A DNA stretch of 64,000 nucleotides, from assembly GCA_965224485.1 (NCBI GenBank), contig CBDCZH010000015.1:64001-128000 (forward strand). Reading direction: 5' to 3'. Positions 36,442-47,424 of this stretch are shown here, one piece after another. This DNA comes from Arcobacteraceae bacterium (GTDB lineage Bacteria > Campylobacterota > Campylobacteria > Campylobacterales > Arcobacteraceae). The translations under genes and the position numbers were made by a program. The notes under the pieces are model-generated. The model made no database searches and was not told the DNA's origin. It saw nothing but the letters and a program-made list of their open reading frames with translations. How positions within the stretch are numbered: position 1 is the first letter of the stretch; the number at the start of each line of letters is the position of its first letter.

Positions 36442-37182
36442 TTACTCATTAATTTTTTGTTTTATTTCTTTAGCTTTTGAAGAAATACGCTGTATTTTTT
36501 CGCTAAAAGATAAACTATCATCAATCATATGTTTTACAAAAGCAGAACCTACAATAACTCCATCTACCCCTTTTACTTTCTCTTTACAAGTTTTTTCATC
36601 AACTCCAAAACCAATATATAAAGGTGTATTAGAGTATTTTTTCACTGTTTTAATAATATTAGTTAAATCTTCACTCTTAGCACTTCCCGTTATTCCAGCA
36701 TATGCAACTAAATATATAAACTCACTTGCATTAGCTACAACTTTTTTAATTCTATTTTCATTATGCGTTGGAGCTACAAAAGATATTATGCTTTGATTAT
36801 ATTTTTTAGCTAGTTTATTATAAACATTAGCTTCTTCATAAGGAAGATCAGGAATTATTGAACCTTTAATTCCGTATTCTTGAGCTTTTTTAAAAAAATT
36901 CTCTACTCCATAATGGTAAAAAGGATTCATATATCCCATCCATAAAGTATTCATTTCTTTCGCTATTATTTCACTAACTTCAAATAAGTCTTTTAACTTA
37001 AACCCATTTTTTAAAGCTTCTAAGTTTGCTTTTTCAATAACTGGCCCATCTGCAACAGGGTCTGAAAATGGTATTCCTAATTCTAAAGTATCTACACCTG
37101 CTTCTTTTAAAGACAAGGCTAAATCAATAGTAAAATTATTTTGTGGATATGAAGAAGTTATATATGCTACTAGTTTTTTCAA
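36442..37182 (-). CDS. trpA: tryptophan synthase alpha chain
   Basis: ELGIPFSDPVADGPVI, PDLPYEE, GITG, GFGV, DGVIVGSA. Confidence 0.96.
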   Translation of the reverse strand: MKKLVAYITSSYPQNNFTIDLALSLKEAGVDTLELGIPFSDPVADGPVIEKANLEALKNGFKLKDLFEVSEIIAKEMNTLWMGYMNPFYHYGVENFFKKAQEYGIKGSIIPDLPYEEANVYNKLAKKYNQSIISFVAPTHNENRIKKVVANASEFIYLVAYAGITGSAKSEDLTNIIKTVKKYSNTPLYIGFGVDEKTCKEKVKGVDGVIVGSAFVKHMIDDSLSFSEKIQRISSKAKEIKQKINE

Positions 37183-37309
37183 AATAAATCCTATTTGTAT
37201 ATTTAAATTATAATAACATATTCTTTGTAAGGGTTTGCGTAAAAAGCAAATGAAATATTTAATATTTTAGATATAATCATCTTAATTACAAACAAGGTAA
37301 ATTAAGACT

Positions 37310-38119
37310 ATGAGTATAATTAATGAAAAATTTGTATCTATGAATATAGACAAAATCAAGAAAGCCAAAAATGCGTATAAACTAACAATGATTACAGCAT
37401 ATGATGCACTATTTGCAAAACTTTTTGAAGAACATGCAGATATGATTTTAGTAGGAGATAGTTTAAATATGTCTTTTGCTGGTAAAAAAGATACTCTTGG
37501 TGCCACTTTAGATCAAATGATTTATCATACAAAAGCAGTTTGCACAGGTGCTTCAAAATCTTTTATTATTTTAGATATGCCTTTTGGAACATATAATAAT
37601 AAAGATGAAGCTCTAAAAAATGCTGTAAAAGTTTATCAAGAGTGTAATGCTAATGCTATCAAAATTGAAGGTGGAGAAAATAAGGCTTCTATAATTGAGC
37701 ATTTAACTTCAAACTCTATTGCAGTGATGGGACATATTGGTCTTATGCCTCAATTTGTAAGAGCTCATGGTTCATACAAAGTTAGAGGAAAAACACCTGA
37801 GGATATAAAACAATTAGTTAAAGATGCTCTAGCAGTTCAAAAAGCAGGTGCTTTTGCTCTTGTTCTTGAAGGTGTTAAAACACAAGCAGCAATAGAAGTT
37901 ACAAAAGCAGTTGATATTCCTGTAATTGGAATAGGAGCTTCTAATGTAACAGATGGACAAGTATTAGTATTTTCTGATATGTTAGGCTTATTTGAAGATT
38001 TTAAACCTAAATTTGTAAGACATTATTTAGATGGGGCTTCATTAGTAAAAAAAGCTGTAAAGCAGTATAAAAATGATGTACAAGATAAATCATTTCCATC
38101 ACAAAATGAGGAATACTAA
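37310..38119 (+). CDS. panB: 3-methyl-2-oxobutanoate hydroxymethyltransferase
   Basis: TAYD, ILVGDSL, KIEGG, GHIGLMPQ, IGIGA, DGQVLV. Confidence 0.96.
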   Translation: MSIINEKFVSMNIDKIKKAKNAYKLTMITAYDALFAKLFEEHADMILVGDSLNMSFAGKKDTLGATLDQMIYHTKAVCTGASKSFIILDMPFGTYNNKDEALKNAVKVYQECNANAIKIEGGENKASIIEHLTSNSIAVMGHIGLMPQFVRAHGSYKVRGKTPEDIKQLVKDALAVQKAGAFALVLEGVKTQAAIEVTKAVDIPVIGIGASNVTDGQVLVFSDMLGLFEDFKPKFVRHYLDGASLVKKAVKQYKNDVQDKSFPSQNEEY

Positions 38120-38125
38120 ATAATT

Positions 38126-39142
38126 ATGGAAAGAATCGTTGAAGTTGAACAAATATCTTTTGAAGAAGAAAATGTTGAAGTTACTCTAAGACCAACATCT
38201 TGGGACGACTATATTGGACAAGAAAAAATAAAAAAAAATTTAGGTGTTTTTATTGAAGCATCTAAAAAAAGAGCTGAAGCCTTAGACCATATTCTTTTTT
38301 ATGGACCTCCTGGACTTGGAAAAACAACTTTAGCATATTTAATCTCAAATGAAATGAATACAAACATAAGAATTACAGCAGGTCCCATGATTGAAAAAGC
38401 AGGAGATTTAGCTGCTATTTTAACAAACCTAGAAGAAGGCGATATTTTATTTATTGATGAAATTCATAGACTAAGTCCTGCGGTTGAAGAGATTTTATAT
38501 CCAGCGATGGAAGATTATAGACTTGATATTATAATAGGAAGTGGGCCAGCTGCTCAAACTGTTAAAATTGACTTACCAAGGTTTACTTTAATAGGAGCAA
38601 CAACAAGAGCTGGAATGTTATCAAATCCTTTACGTGAGCGATTTGGAATGCATTTTAGAATGCAATTTTATAAAAACGAAGATTTAGCAAAAATAGTGAA
38701 AATTGCTTCAATTAAATTAGATAAATCTTGTGAAGATAGTGCTACTTACGAAATTGCAAGAAGAAGTAGAGGAACACCTAGAATTGCTTTGCGATTATTA
38801 AAAAGAGTAAGAGATTTTGCAGAAGTTGCAAATGAAGATAAGATATTATTAAAAAGATGTACTTATGCTTTAAATGAACTAGGAGTTAATGAAACTGGTT
38901 TTGATGAAATGGATATAAACTTACTTAAGCTTTTAGTTGCAAATAAAGGGAAGCCTATGGGTTTAGCCACTATTGCTGCTGCTTTAAGTGAAGATGAGGG
39001 AACTATTGAAGATGCTATTGAGCCATATTTACTTGCAAATGCGTATATTGAAAGAACAGCTAGAGGAAGAATTGCTAGTCTGAAAACATATACACTATTT
39101 AATTTACCTTATCCAAGTGAAGAAAAAGGAATAATTCTTTGA
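38126..39142 (+). CDS. ruvB: Holliday junction branch migration helicase
   Basis: LRP...[33 protein letters not shown]. Confidence 0.97.
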   Translation: MERIVEVEQISFEEENVEVTLRPTSWDDYIGQEKIKKNLGVFIEASKKRAEALDHILFYGPPGLGKTTLAYLISNEMNTNIRITAGPMIEKAGDLAAILTNLEEGDILFIDEIHRLSPAVEEILYPAMEDYRLDIIIGSGPAAQTVKIDLPRFTLIGATTRAGMLSNPLRERFGMHFRMQFYKNEDLAKIVKIASIKLDKSCEDSATYEIARRSRGTPRIALRLLKRVRDFAEVANEDKILLKRCTYALNELGVNETGFDEMDINLLKLLVANKGKPMGLATIAAALSEDEGTIEDAIEPYLLANAYIERTARGRIASLKTYTLFNLPYPSEEKGIIL

Positions 39143-40215
39143 AACCACAATATTTTTTAATAATTCTTGCATCTATTACTTTATTTTTTTTATTTGAACT
39201 TTTTAATCCTTTTTTAAAAGCGATTATTGTTGCTAGTTTATTAGCAATAGCAACAAATTCTTTTAACAATTATTTATATAAAAGAATATCTAGTCGTTTT
39301 TTCTCATCTTTTATCATGACAATAATATTAACAGCTTTATTTTTTATACCAATTTTATACTGTATCTTTTCCCTAGCTACATTAATTAATAAAATTGATC
39401 AAGAAGCTTTAATAAATATAATAGCAATAATACAATCTTGGGTTAAACATTTACCTGATGATTTATTACTTATAAAAGGGCAGTTACAAGATACTTTGGG
39501 AAAAGTTGATATTCCTTCATTTATTCAAAATTTATTATCTTATGCGGCTGCTTTGGGTAAGAATTCTGCTAAGTTTATTATAGATATTATTATGATTTTA
39601 ATATTTTATTTTTTCTTTAACTATTATGCAAGTTCTTTATCACATTATTTAAAAGAGGCTCTTCCTTTAAAAAAAGAAGATTCAAATACTTTATTTAATG
39701 AATCATCAAATGTTATGAGTATTGTTTTATACTCTATTTTAGCAACAGCTATTTTAGAAGGTTTATTATTTGGAATATTTATGAGTTTTTTCTCTTATGA
39801 TGGGATTTTACTTGGAGTATTATATGGTTTTGCTTCTTTAATTCCAGTTGTAGGTGGTATTATTATGTGGCTTCCTCTTGCAATTTATGAAGCTTTTACA
39901 GGAACTAGTACAAATGCTTTTATTATTGCCATTTATTCAATAGTAGTTATTTCTATAATTGCAGATACTTTTGTAAAACCAATTATAATTAAATTCATAA
40001 ATAAAAAAATAGTAAAAACACCTACAAAAATAAATGAACTTTTAATTTTCTTTGCAATAATAGCTGGACTTTCTACTTTTGGATTTTGGGGAATGATTAT
40101 AGGACCTGCAATGGTTACTTTTTTTATCTCAATTATTTCACTTCTTAAGAATTATTCAAATGAATTATCTACTAGTGATTTTTATAAACAAGTTAAGAAT
40201 AAAGAGGAAGAGTAG
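39139..40215 (+). CDS. AI-2E family transporter
   Basis: [28 protein letters not shown]; follows ruvB. Confidence 0.88.
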   Translation: MKPQYFLIILASITLFFLFELFNPFLKAIIVASLLAIATNSFNNYLYKRISSRFFSSFIMTIILTALFFIPILYCIFSLATLINKIDQEALINIIAIIQSWVKHLPDDLLLIKGQLQDTLGKVDIPSFIQNLLSYAAALGKNSAKFIIDIIMILIFYFFFNYYASSLSHYLKEALPLKKEDSNTLFNESSNVMSIVLYSILATAILEGLLFGIFMSFFSYDGILLGVLYGFASLIPVVGGIIMWLPLAIYEAFTGTSTNAFIIAIYSIVVISIIADTFVKPIIIKFINKKIVKTPTKINELLIFFAIIAGLSTFGFWGMIIGPAMVTFFISIISLLKNYSNELSTSDFYKQVKNKEEE

Positions 40216-40280
40216 TTAAGAGTAGTTTATAAGTTTATAGTTTAGAATAGTTAATGGTTTATGGTTTATAGTAGTTAATA
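40213..40280 (+). repeat. degenerate short tandem repeats (TAGTT/TGGTTTA units)
   Basis: agtagttaagagtagtttataagtttatagtttagaatagttaatggtttatggtttatagtagttaa. Confidence 0.45.
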
Positions 40281-40286
40281 TAATTC

Positions 40287-40321
40287 TAAGCTTCGCTATA
40301 AAATATTTATATCGAAGCTTA
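40287..40321. terminator. hairpin between convergent genes
   Basis: TAAGCTTCGCTATAAA-ATA-TTTATATCGAAGCTTA. Confidence 0.65.
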
Positions 40322-40327
40322 TCGTAT

Positions 40328-40975
40328 TTATTTTAAAGTAGAAATATAATCAGCTAATAGTTTAATTTCAGTAGCACTTAAAGAAGAGACTTGACTTTTC
40401 ATTAAACCTTTCATCATTCCACCATAAGTATCATTTTTATAACCATTTAAAGCCTTAGCAAGCTTTGAAGATGACCAGTTTTGTATAACTTGTGATTTGT
40501 TCAAAGCAGATTTTTCAGCTTTTTGACCATGACAGCCTGCACATTTCATATATAGTTGTTTTGCATCAATATTTAAAGAAGCTTCTTCTTTTTTCTTTTG
40601 CATTATTACATCAACAGCTGAAGTTATTTTCTTTCCTACTTCTGCACTAACACTTTTACTTACCTCTTTTACCGAAGTCAAGCTTTTTTGGGCAATTACA
40701 GAGCTTTTTTCTTTCATATCTTCAATAACTTCTTTTGATGAAGAAGAAATATCTTTTGCTAATACAGCGGCTTTATCAATAGTTTTACTTGCACTTAACT
40801 TAAGTTTTGATGCAACCTCATCAATAACTTGCTCTTTACTTGGTTTCTCTTCTGTAATAACTACACTCTGCTTTGTTTTAACTGTTGTAACATCTTCTTC
40901 TATAACTTTTTTATCTTCGCCACAGGCTGAAAAAACAACAGCCACAAAAAGTAAGGCACTTAAAAACTTAAACAT
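40328..40975 (-). CDS. lipoprotein with C-terminal cytochrome c553-like domain
   Basis: Lipobox FSAC; CAGCHG heme motif; YGGMMKGLM axial Met region. Confidence 0.85.
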   Translation of the reverse strand: MFKFLSALLFVAVVFSACGEDKKVIEEDVTTVKTKQSVVITEEKPSKEQVIDEVASKLKLSASKTIDKAAVLAKDISSSSKEVIEDMKEKSSVIAQKSLTSVKEVSKSVSAEVGKKITSAVDVIMQKKKEEASLNIDAKQLYMKCAGCHGQKAEKSALNKSQVIQNWSSSKLAKALNGYKNDTYGGMMKGLMKSQVSSLSATEIKLLADYISTLK

Positions 40976-41030
40976 AAATTTTCCTTTTAAATAATTTTAA
41001 ACATTATATATAATATTTTTTATATTAGTA

Positions 41031-43244
41031 TTAATCTTCTTCTTTAAATATAAACTTAAACTCATTTTTAACAAAGTCAATTTTAACCAAACCACCATTT
41101 TTTAGTTTTCCAAATAATATTTCATCTGTTAAAGGCATTTTGATTTTTTGCACTATTACTCTGCTTAATGGTCTAGCTCCCATTGTTTTGTCATAACCTA
41201 ATCTAGCAATTTCATTTCTAGCTCGTAAACTAATAGCCATAGTAATTTTTTTATCACTTATTTGCTCACATAAATCACTTATAAATTTTGAAACAACTTT
41301 AGAAACAACACCTAAAGATAAAGAAGCAAAAGCAACAGTAGCATCTAATCTATTTCTAAACTCAGGGGCAAAAAACTTTTTAACTGCCTTATCTTCATTT
41401 AAAGACTCATCTTTATTAAAGCCCATGATACTTGCTTCATTTGAACCTAGGTTTGAAGTCATAATTAAAACTACATTTTGGAAATCTGCTTTATTTCCAT
41501 TATTATCAGTTAACTGTGCATTATCCATAACTTGAAGCAAAATTGACATTAAATCAGGATGTGCTTTTTCTATTTCATCTAATAAAAGTACACAATGAGG
41601 GTGTTTTCTAATAGCTTCTGTTAATAAACCACCATTTTCAAACCCAACATAACCAGCAGGTGCTCCAATTAATCTAGAAATAGTATGAGCTTCCATATAC
41701 TCACTCATATCAAATCTTTCAAAATGAATACCTAGTTGTGAGCTTAACTCTTTAGCAACTTCTGTTTTACCAACTCCTGTTGGTCCTGTAAATAGAAAGC
41801 TTCCTATTGGTTTTTTCTCACCTGATAAGCCTGCTCTATTTAACTTAATTGCTTTTACTACAGTATTTATAGCTTCATCTTGTCCAAAAACTCTTTTTTG
41901 CATATTTTTTTCTAAAGATTTCAACAGTGTTAAATCAGATTTTGTAGCTGATTTAGGTGGAACATTTGCCATTAAAGCAACCGTAGTTTCAATATCTTTT
42001 TGAACAATATTTATAACTTTTTTATTTGTTCCATCAAAATTAGCTTCTATTTTTTTCTTAGCAGCAACTTCATCTATAACATCAATAGCACTATCTGGTA
42101 AAAACCTATCATTAATGAATTTTTTGCTAAGTTCAACTGCTACTTTTATTGCATTATCATTGAATTTAACATTATGATACTCTTCATATTTTGACTTTAA
42201 ACCAGTTAAGATTTTAATACAATCTTTTATATCAGGCTCATTAATATCAACCTTAGCAAATCTTCTACTTAATGCTTTATCTTTTGAGAAGTCATTTCTA
42301 TACTCAGTAAAAGTAGTAGCTCCTATACATCTTAGTTTTCCATTTGCTAAAAGAGGTTTTAATATATTTGAAGCATCCATAGCAGAACCTCCAACACTTC
42401 CAGCTCCTACAATTGTATGAATTTCATCAATAAATAAAATTGCATCAGGAATATTACTAATCTCACTTAATAAAGATTTTAATTTTTTCTCAAAATCACC
42501 TCTATATTTAGTCCCAGCTAATAAAGAACCCATATCTAAAGAATATACTTTTGCATTTTTAAGAACTTGGGGTACTGTATTATTTGCAATTTCTAAGGCT
42601 AAACCTTCTGCTATTGCTGTTTTACCAACTCCAGGTTCTCCTACAAGAATAGGATTATTCTTTTTTCTTCTACTTAAGATTTGAATAACTCTTTTAATCT
42701 CTTCTTCTCTTGCAATAACAGGATCTATTTCACCATTTTTAGCAAGAGCTACTAATTCACTTGAGTTTTTTTCTAAAATATCACTCTGTTGTATTTCATC
42801 ATCATTCTCATCTATTAGTGGTTCTTTATGTGAAATTTCTTCTAAGATATCAATTCTTTCAACACCTTTTAATTTAAGCAAATATGTTGCAAATGATTTT
42901 TCTTCTTTTAGAATAGCAACAAACATATCATCAACAGTAGCAAGACCTTTTCCAGAACCTTGAATATGAGCTACCATATGTTCAATAACAGAAGTTAAAA
43001 CAACAGTTTCAATTGGTTCATCTTCAATATTTTCAGGTAAAACAGGTGTGCTTTCATCTATATGCTTTTTAGTGTCATCAAAAATTTTATTAGTATCTAA
43101 ACCAAAATCATCAAACATTGAAGATATAAACTCATCATTTATAAGCATTAAAAAGATATGCTCAATTGTTAAATATTCATGTCTACTAGCTTTAGCATAT
43201 GATACGGCTTGGGCAAAAACTTCTCTTAACTCTTTACTTATCAT
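41031..43244 (-). CDS. clpA: ATP-dependent Clp protease ATP-binding subunit
   Basis: Two AAA modules (GEPGVGKT, GPTGVGKT), GTKYRGDFE, GAPAGYVGF; next to clpS. Confidence 0.95.
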   Translation of the reverse strand: MISKELREVFAQAVSYAKASRHEYLTIEHIFLMLINDEFISSMFDDFGLDTNKIFDDTKKHIDESTPVLPENIEDEPIETVVLTSVIEHMVAHIQGSGKGLATVDDMFVAILKEEKSFATYLLKLKGVERIDILEEISHKEPLIDENDDEIQQSDILEKNSSELVALAKNGEIDPVIAREEEIKRVIQILSRRKKNNPILVGEPGVGKTAIAEGLALEIANNTVPQVLKNAKVYSLDMGSLLAGTKYRGDFEKKLKSLLSEISNIPDAILFIDEIHTIVGAGSVGGSAMDASNILKPLLANGKLRCIGATTFTEYRNDFSKDKALSRRFAKVDINEPDIKDCIKILTGLKSKYEEYHNVKFNDNAIKVAVELSKKFINDRFLPDSAIDVIDEVAAKKKIEANFDGTNKKVINIVQKDIETTVALMANVPPKSATKSDLTLLKSLEKNMQKRVFGQDEAINTVVKAIKLNRAGLSGEKKPIGSFLFTGPTGVGKTEVAKELSSQLGIHFERFDMSEYMEAHTISRLIGAPAGYVGFENGGLLTEAIRKHPHCVLLLDEIEKAHPDLMSILLQVMDNAQLTDNNGNKADFQNVVLIMTSNLGSNEASIMGFNKDESLNEDKAVKKFFAPEFRNRLDATVAFASLSLGVVSKVVSKFISDLCEQISDKKITMAISLRARNEIARLGYDKTMGARPLSRVIVQKIKMPLTDEILFGKLKNGGLVKIDFVKNEFKFIFKEED

Positions 43245-43245
43245 T

Positions 43246-43545
43246 TTATTCTTCTTCCATTAAAGCTTTTAAAGGAAAGCCCTGTGTTCTAGCCATTGTT
43301 TTCACCTGTGCAACTTTTGTGCTTGCTATTTCATGAGTAAAAACACCACAACTTTCTCTTCCTTCTTTATGTATGTTTAACATAATTGCAGAAGCTTCAT
43401 TATTTGATTTTCTAAATACTTTTATTAAAACATCTATTACAAAATCCATAGTAGAATAATCATCATTTAATAAAAAAACTTTATATTTTTTAGGCTCACT
43501 AACTTCTATCTCATCAGCTAATTCTATTTCAAACTCATTTGCCAC
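43246..43545 (-). CDS. clpS: Clp protease adaptor
   Basis: YKVFLLNDDYSTMDFV, MLNIH, GFPL. Confidence 0.95.
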   Translation of the reverse strand: MANEFEIELADEIEVSEPKKYKVFLLNDDYSTMDFVIDVLIKVFRKSNNEASAIMLNIHKEGRESCGVFTHEIASTKVAQVKTMARTQGFPLKALMEEE

Positions 43546-43685
43546 ATTAAAACCTTATTATTTATATATTTAACTATTATACCAAAAAACAAATAATATA
43601 TTTAAAATATATTAAGTAATAATTTTAAATTAGATAATATAAGAAAACTTTTTTTATTTAGAAAAAAAAAGATAAAAGAGAGAAA

Positions 43686-44324
43686 ATGAATAAAAAACAA
43701 ATTTTTATCACAGCTACTAATACAGATATAGGAAAAACCTATGCAGCAGCTAAATTCTTACGATTTTATGCAAGAAAAAGACTAAGGGTTGGATATTTTA
43801 AACCCTTCGAAACAGGTGTTAAAGATTTTCCTTATGATGGTTCTAAGATGCTTAAACTAACCCAAGAACTAAATAAAGAGTTTTTGAATATAAATATTAA
43901 TGATATAGTGCCTTATCAATTTAAACTAGCTGCTGCTCCATATATTGCTAATAAAGCCCAAGATAATATAAGTATAAATTTAAACTTTTTAAAAAAGAAA
44001 AGAGATTATTTACTTAAGTTTTGTGATGTTTTAATTATTGAAGGGGCTGGAGGATTAATGGTTCCAATTTCTAATAATTATTTTATAATTGATTTAATTA
44101 AAGAGTTTAGCTCTAATATAAATTCTAAAACAATACTAATAACGCCTAGTAAACTAGGTTGTATTAATGACACTTTATTATCACTTAAAGTTCTTGAAGA
44201 TGAAAATATTTCTCATGATTGGTATATAAATTTATTTCAAGATAAAGATAGCTTTGATGAAGTTACTTACCCTTTTTATAAAGAATATTTTAAAGAAGTA
44301 AAATTTTTAGATGAATTAGACTAA
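43686..44324 (+). CDS. bioD: dethiobiotin synthase
   Basis: TNTDIGKT, KPFETG, IEGAGGLMVP, LGCINDTLL. Confidence 0.93.
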   Translation: MNKKQIFITATNTDIGKTYAAAKFLRFYARKRLRVGYFKPFETGVKDFPYDGSKMLKLTQELNKEFLNININDIVPYQFKLAAAPYIANKAQDNISINLNFLKKKRDYLLKFCDVLIIEGAGGLMVPISNNYFIIDLIKEFSSNINSKTILITPSKLGCINDTLLSLKVLEDENISHDWYINLFQDKDSFDEVTYPFYKEYFKEVKFLDELD

Positions 44325-44343
44325 GAAATATATTATTAGACTT

Positions 44344-44562
44344 TCATATTTTAAATTCTTCTTCTATTTGTTTTGCTAAACTAAGACCTTTAAATGAAAG
44401 CTCATTATTTATTATAAAAGAGTCTTTTTTTAGCTCTTTTATATACTGTTTCCCTTGTTTTAAAGAAAACATTTCTTCTAAAGATAACAAAACCTCATTT
44501 AAACTATCACTATTAGCTTTTTTTAAAATTGCTAAGAGTAAAACTCTTTTTTCTATATCCAA
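44344..44562 (-). CDS. 72-aa hypothetical protein
   Basis: TTG start at 44562 with AAGGA SD (MDIEKRVLL...). Confidence 0.65.
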   Translation of the reverse strand: MDIEKRVLLLAILKKANSDSLNEVLLSLEEMFSLKQGKQYIKELKKDSFIINNELSFKGLSLAKQIEEEFKI

Positions 44563-45734
44563 TGTTTTATCCTTGTATAATATATGGCAACTGCAAAAAA
44601 AGCACAACCAATCATAATTGTAATATTTTGTAAAGAAGTAAAAGAAGCCATAAAACCTATAAAAAGTGTTGTTACTACATTACTTAACATAAAAACCATA
44701 TCATTATAAGAAATAACTCTTCCTAAATATTTAGACTCAACCTTATCTTGTAAAAGGGCATAAGTATAAGACCAAATTGTAGTTGTAACAAAACCTGTTA
44801 AAAATACTGCAATTAAAGCAAGGTAAAAATTATGCTGCAAAAATCCCCATAAAATTATTGCACAACCTTGAAAAATAAAAATATATGTTAGGCTATTTTT
44901 ATTTACCTTATTAGTTATAAAAAAGGGGCCTAACATAAGTGCAAAAGCTCTGAGAGCATTTGTAATTCCTATTGATAAAGGAACAGCAATAATAAACTTA
45001 TATTCATTTTTAGCCAATAATGTAACTAAAGTATCAAAAGCAGTTAATCCTACACTTGCATGTAATAACATTAAATGAATAATGATTTTATTATTTTTAA
45101 TATAATAAAATCCATCTTTAATCATAGTTAGAATTTTTTCATTTGTATGAATTACATCAATTTTAAAATCAATAAAAGTAAAATATACTATTGCTGTAAA
45201 TAAAACTGCACTATCCATAATTATTGCAGTTTTAACTCCATAAGCATTTACTATTATTCCACTAAGTGCCATTCCAATTGCATAAGTAAAAGACCAAATA
45301 ATAGAATGTATTTCATTTGCTTTTTGTAAAGCTTTTCCTGAAATAAGTTTAGGTAAAAGTGACATTTCTGTTGAAAAGAATATTGAAGCACAAGCCATTC
45401 TTATAAAAATGAAAATCATTAATAACCATATTTGGGAAGCATCATTAATTAGTAAAAACAGTAAGGTCATTATTAACTCTAAACATAAAAGAGTCATCAT
45501 TAAATTTTTTATCTTAAACTTATCAATAATAGCACCAGATAAAGGTGCAACTACTACAGCTGGAATAAGATGCATAGCAGTTACTAAAGAGATTACTAAA
45601 GCAGAAGAGTTAAATTCAACCAACATAGTATAAATTGCAACAGAAGAAAACCAAGCTCCAAAATATGCAATACATTGCAGAATTGAAAGTTTTCTTATTA
45701 AAGGATAGTTTCTTAGAAGTTTAGAGTACTTCAA
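44553..45734 (-). CDS. MFS transporter
   Basis: SGAIIDKF, LQKAN, YLGRVIS; about 12 TM; probable TTG start at 45734. Confidence 0.88.
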   Translation of the reverse strand: MKYSKLLRNYPLIRKLSILQCIAYFGAWFSSVAIYTMLVEFNSSALVISLVTAMHLIPAVVVAPLSGAIIDKFKIKNLMMTLLCLELIMTLLFLLINDASQIWLLMIFIFIRMACASIFFSTEMSLLPKLISGKALQKANEIHSIIWSFTYAIGMALSGIIVNAYGVKTAIIMDSAVLFTAIVYFTFIDFKIDVIHTNEKILTMIKDGFYYIKNNKIIIHLMLLHASVGLTAFDTLVTLLAKNEYKFIIAVPLSIGITNALRAFALMLGPFFITNKVNKNSLTYIFIFQGCAIILWGFLQHNFYLALIAVFLTGFVTTTIWSYTYALLQDKVESKYLGRVISYNDMVFMLSNVVTTLFIGFMASFTSLQNITIMIGCAFFAVAIYYTRIKHWI

Positions 45735-47424
45735 TGCAAACCAATATATCTTGAAAAATAGCAGAACAAGAAACTTCATCACTAGTTGGTGGTGTTAAAT
45801 AATTAGCATTTTTGGCACCTGCATAAACTAACACACAGTTATCTTTTACATTATCATCATGTTTAATAATAAATTTAGCTTCACCAAAAGAAGATTTCAG
45901 AAGTATTTCAGCACCTTGTTTAAAATTATTACTAGAATTAATATATAAATGATTATCAACTTTAAACTGTGAATTTAGAGTATTTCTTTGTTTTGCAGTA
46001 ATAAAATAGAAATTATTATCATTTTTTTGCTCATATAAATTCTCAATCTCAAGCTCTTCTATAAATTCAAAATTTTTAATTCCTTCTTTTTCTACAATAG
46101 TTTCACTATAGTATTTAATAATTTCATCTTCTTGTAATAAAGCTTCATAAGAAAATTCTTTATTTAAAAAACTTGTTAATTCATACTCACTTAGAGTATT
46201 AAAATTCTTAGGCTCAACTTCTTGTGATATTGCTTTTAAATCATGACCGTAAGATAAACGAAGATCTTTTTTGCTTAAAAAATTACTTGAAGGAATAACC
46301 AAATTAGCATACTTACAAGTATCATTATACGTTGTTCCGAAATAAACAACAAATGTTTTTTCTAGGCCTTGGATTAACCTTTTTGTATTAGGAGCACTAA
46401 TAACAGGATTAGCAGCTTGAATAAAAACAAGCTTATAAGCTGAAAAATCAACAGATATAAGGTCAACTTCTTTTTTAGGTTTACATATAAGCTTTTTTTC
46501 ATATCCATATGAAGAATCACCTAAATACCAAAGACCTCCAGCTTTCTTATTATGAGCTCCTATATAAGCTGCAAAAGAGTCAATTGTTCTCATGATTTGT
46601 GCGCCTTCATAATACTTTTGAACTCCAAGACCTACTAAAAAGGCAATACTCTTACCCTTCATTAATTCAATAGCTTTCATAACTTTTTGTAAAGAAACAC
46701 CTGTTGTTTTTTCATAAGAAAGCAAAGGTTTACTTTTAGCTAAATCAAAAAACCAATCTGCCCCACTTGAATAAGAAGAAAAGCTTTCTTCATCTTCCAT
46801 ATCATCCATATAAGCTAATCTGGTCATAAGTAAAGCTAAGTCATGGTCTGTTTTTGGATTTATTTGTAAAAAAACATCAGATTTTTTAGCAATTTTTGTT
46901 TCAATGGGATCAATTGTTATAAAAATTTTATCTTTTATTAAATCATACATATGAGCAGATGTAAGGCTTAAGTTTCTTCCCCAAACTACAATAACATCTG
47001 AGTTTAAAAGATTTTCATCACTTGGATTTACACAAGAACCTCGACCCTGGATGATTCCTTCTTGACCAGCCCCCTCACATAAACTTCCTTTTGTAAAAGT
47101 TGCTCCAAACTTACTAAAAAAAACCTTAGGGGCACTTTGCATTATTCCTAAGTTTCCACTTCCTTTGTAATATAAAACATCTAAAGGATTTGCCTCTTTT
47201 AGTTTTTTACTCAAAATACCTAAGGATTCATCTAAAGTGATTTCGCAACCTTCATATAAAGAGACTTCTAATCTATTCTCATTTAATAAATGAGCAAAAT
47301 TAGCACATAACTTAGAATTAGTAAATTTATGCTCACTTGAGCCTTTTATCTTACCATCTCTTATTTCTGCTTGACAAGTATCATAACAGTCTAAAGGACA
47401 GGCTATTTTATTATTTGAATTCAA
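45721..47424 (-). CDS. molybdopterin-dependent oxidoreductase family protein
   Basis: ACPLDCYDTC...KLC Fe-S motif, VWGRN, IDP, PKTD, NPVISAP, LNSQF; probable TTG start at 47424. Confidence 0.8.
   Translation of the reverse strand: MNSNNKIACPLDCYDTCQAEIRDGKIKGSSEHKFTNSKLCANFAHLLNENRLEVSLYEGCEITLDESLGILSKKLKEANPLDVLYYKGSGNLGIMQSAPKVFFSKFGATFTKGSLCEGAGQEGIIQGRGSCVNPSDENLLNSDVIVVWGRNLSLTSAHMYDLIKDKIFITIDPIETKIAKKSDVFLQINPKTDHDLALLMTRLAYMDDMEDEESFSSYSSGADWFFDLAKSKPLLSYEKTTGVSLQKVMKAIELMKGKSIAFLVGLGVQKYYEGAQIMRTIDSFAAYIGAHNKKAGGLWYLGDSSYGYEKKLICKPKKEVDLISVDFSAYKLVFIQAANPVISAPNTKRLIQGLEKTFVVYFGTTYNDTCKYANLVIPSSNFLSKKDLRLSYGHDLKAISQEVEPKNFNTLSEYELTSFLNKEFSYEALLQEDEIIKYYSETIVEKEGIKNFEFIEELEIENLYEQKNDNNFYFITAKQRNTLNSQFKVDNHLYINSSNNFKQGAEILLKSSFGEAKFIIKHDDNVKDNCVLVYAGAKNANYLTPPTSDEVSCSAIFQDILVCIEVL

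Noticed and set aside
35702..43545. ate/bpt with clpS-clpA as a novel N-degron cluster tied to the iron region
   Set aside because: Ordinary core genes in separate operons with no Fur box noticed
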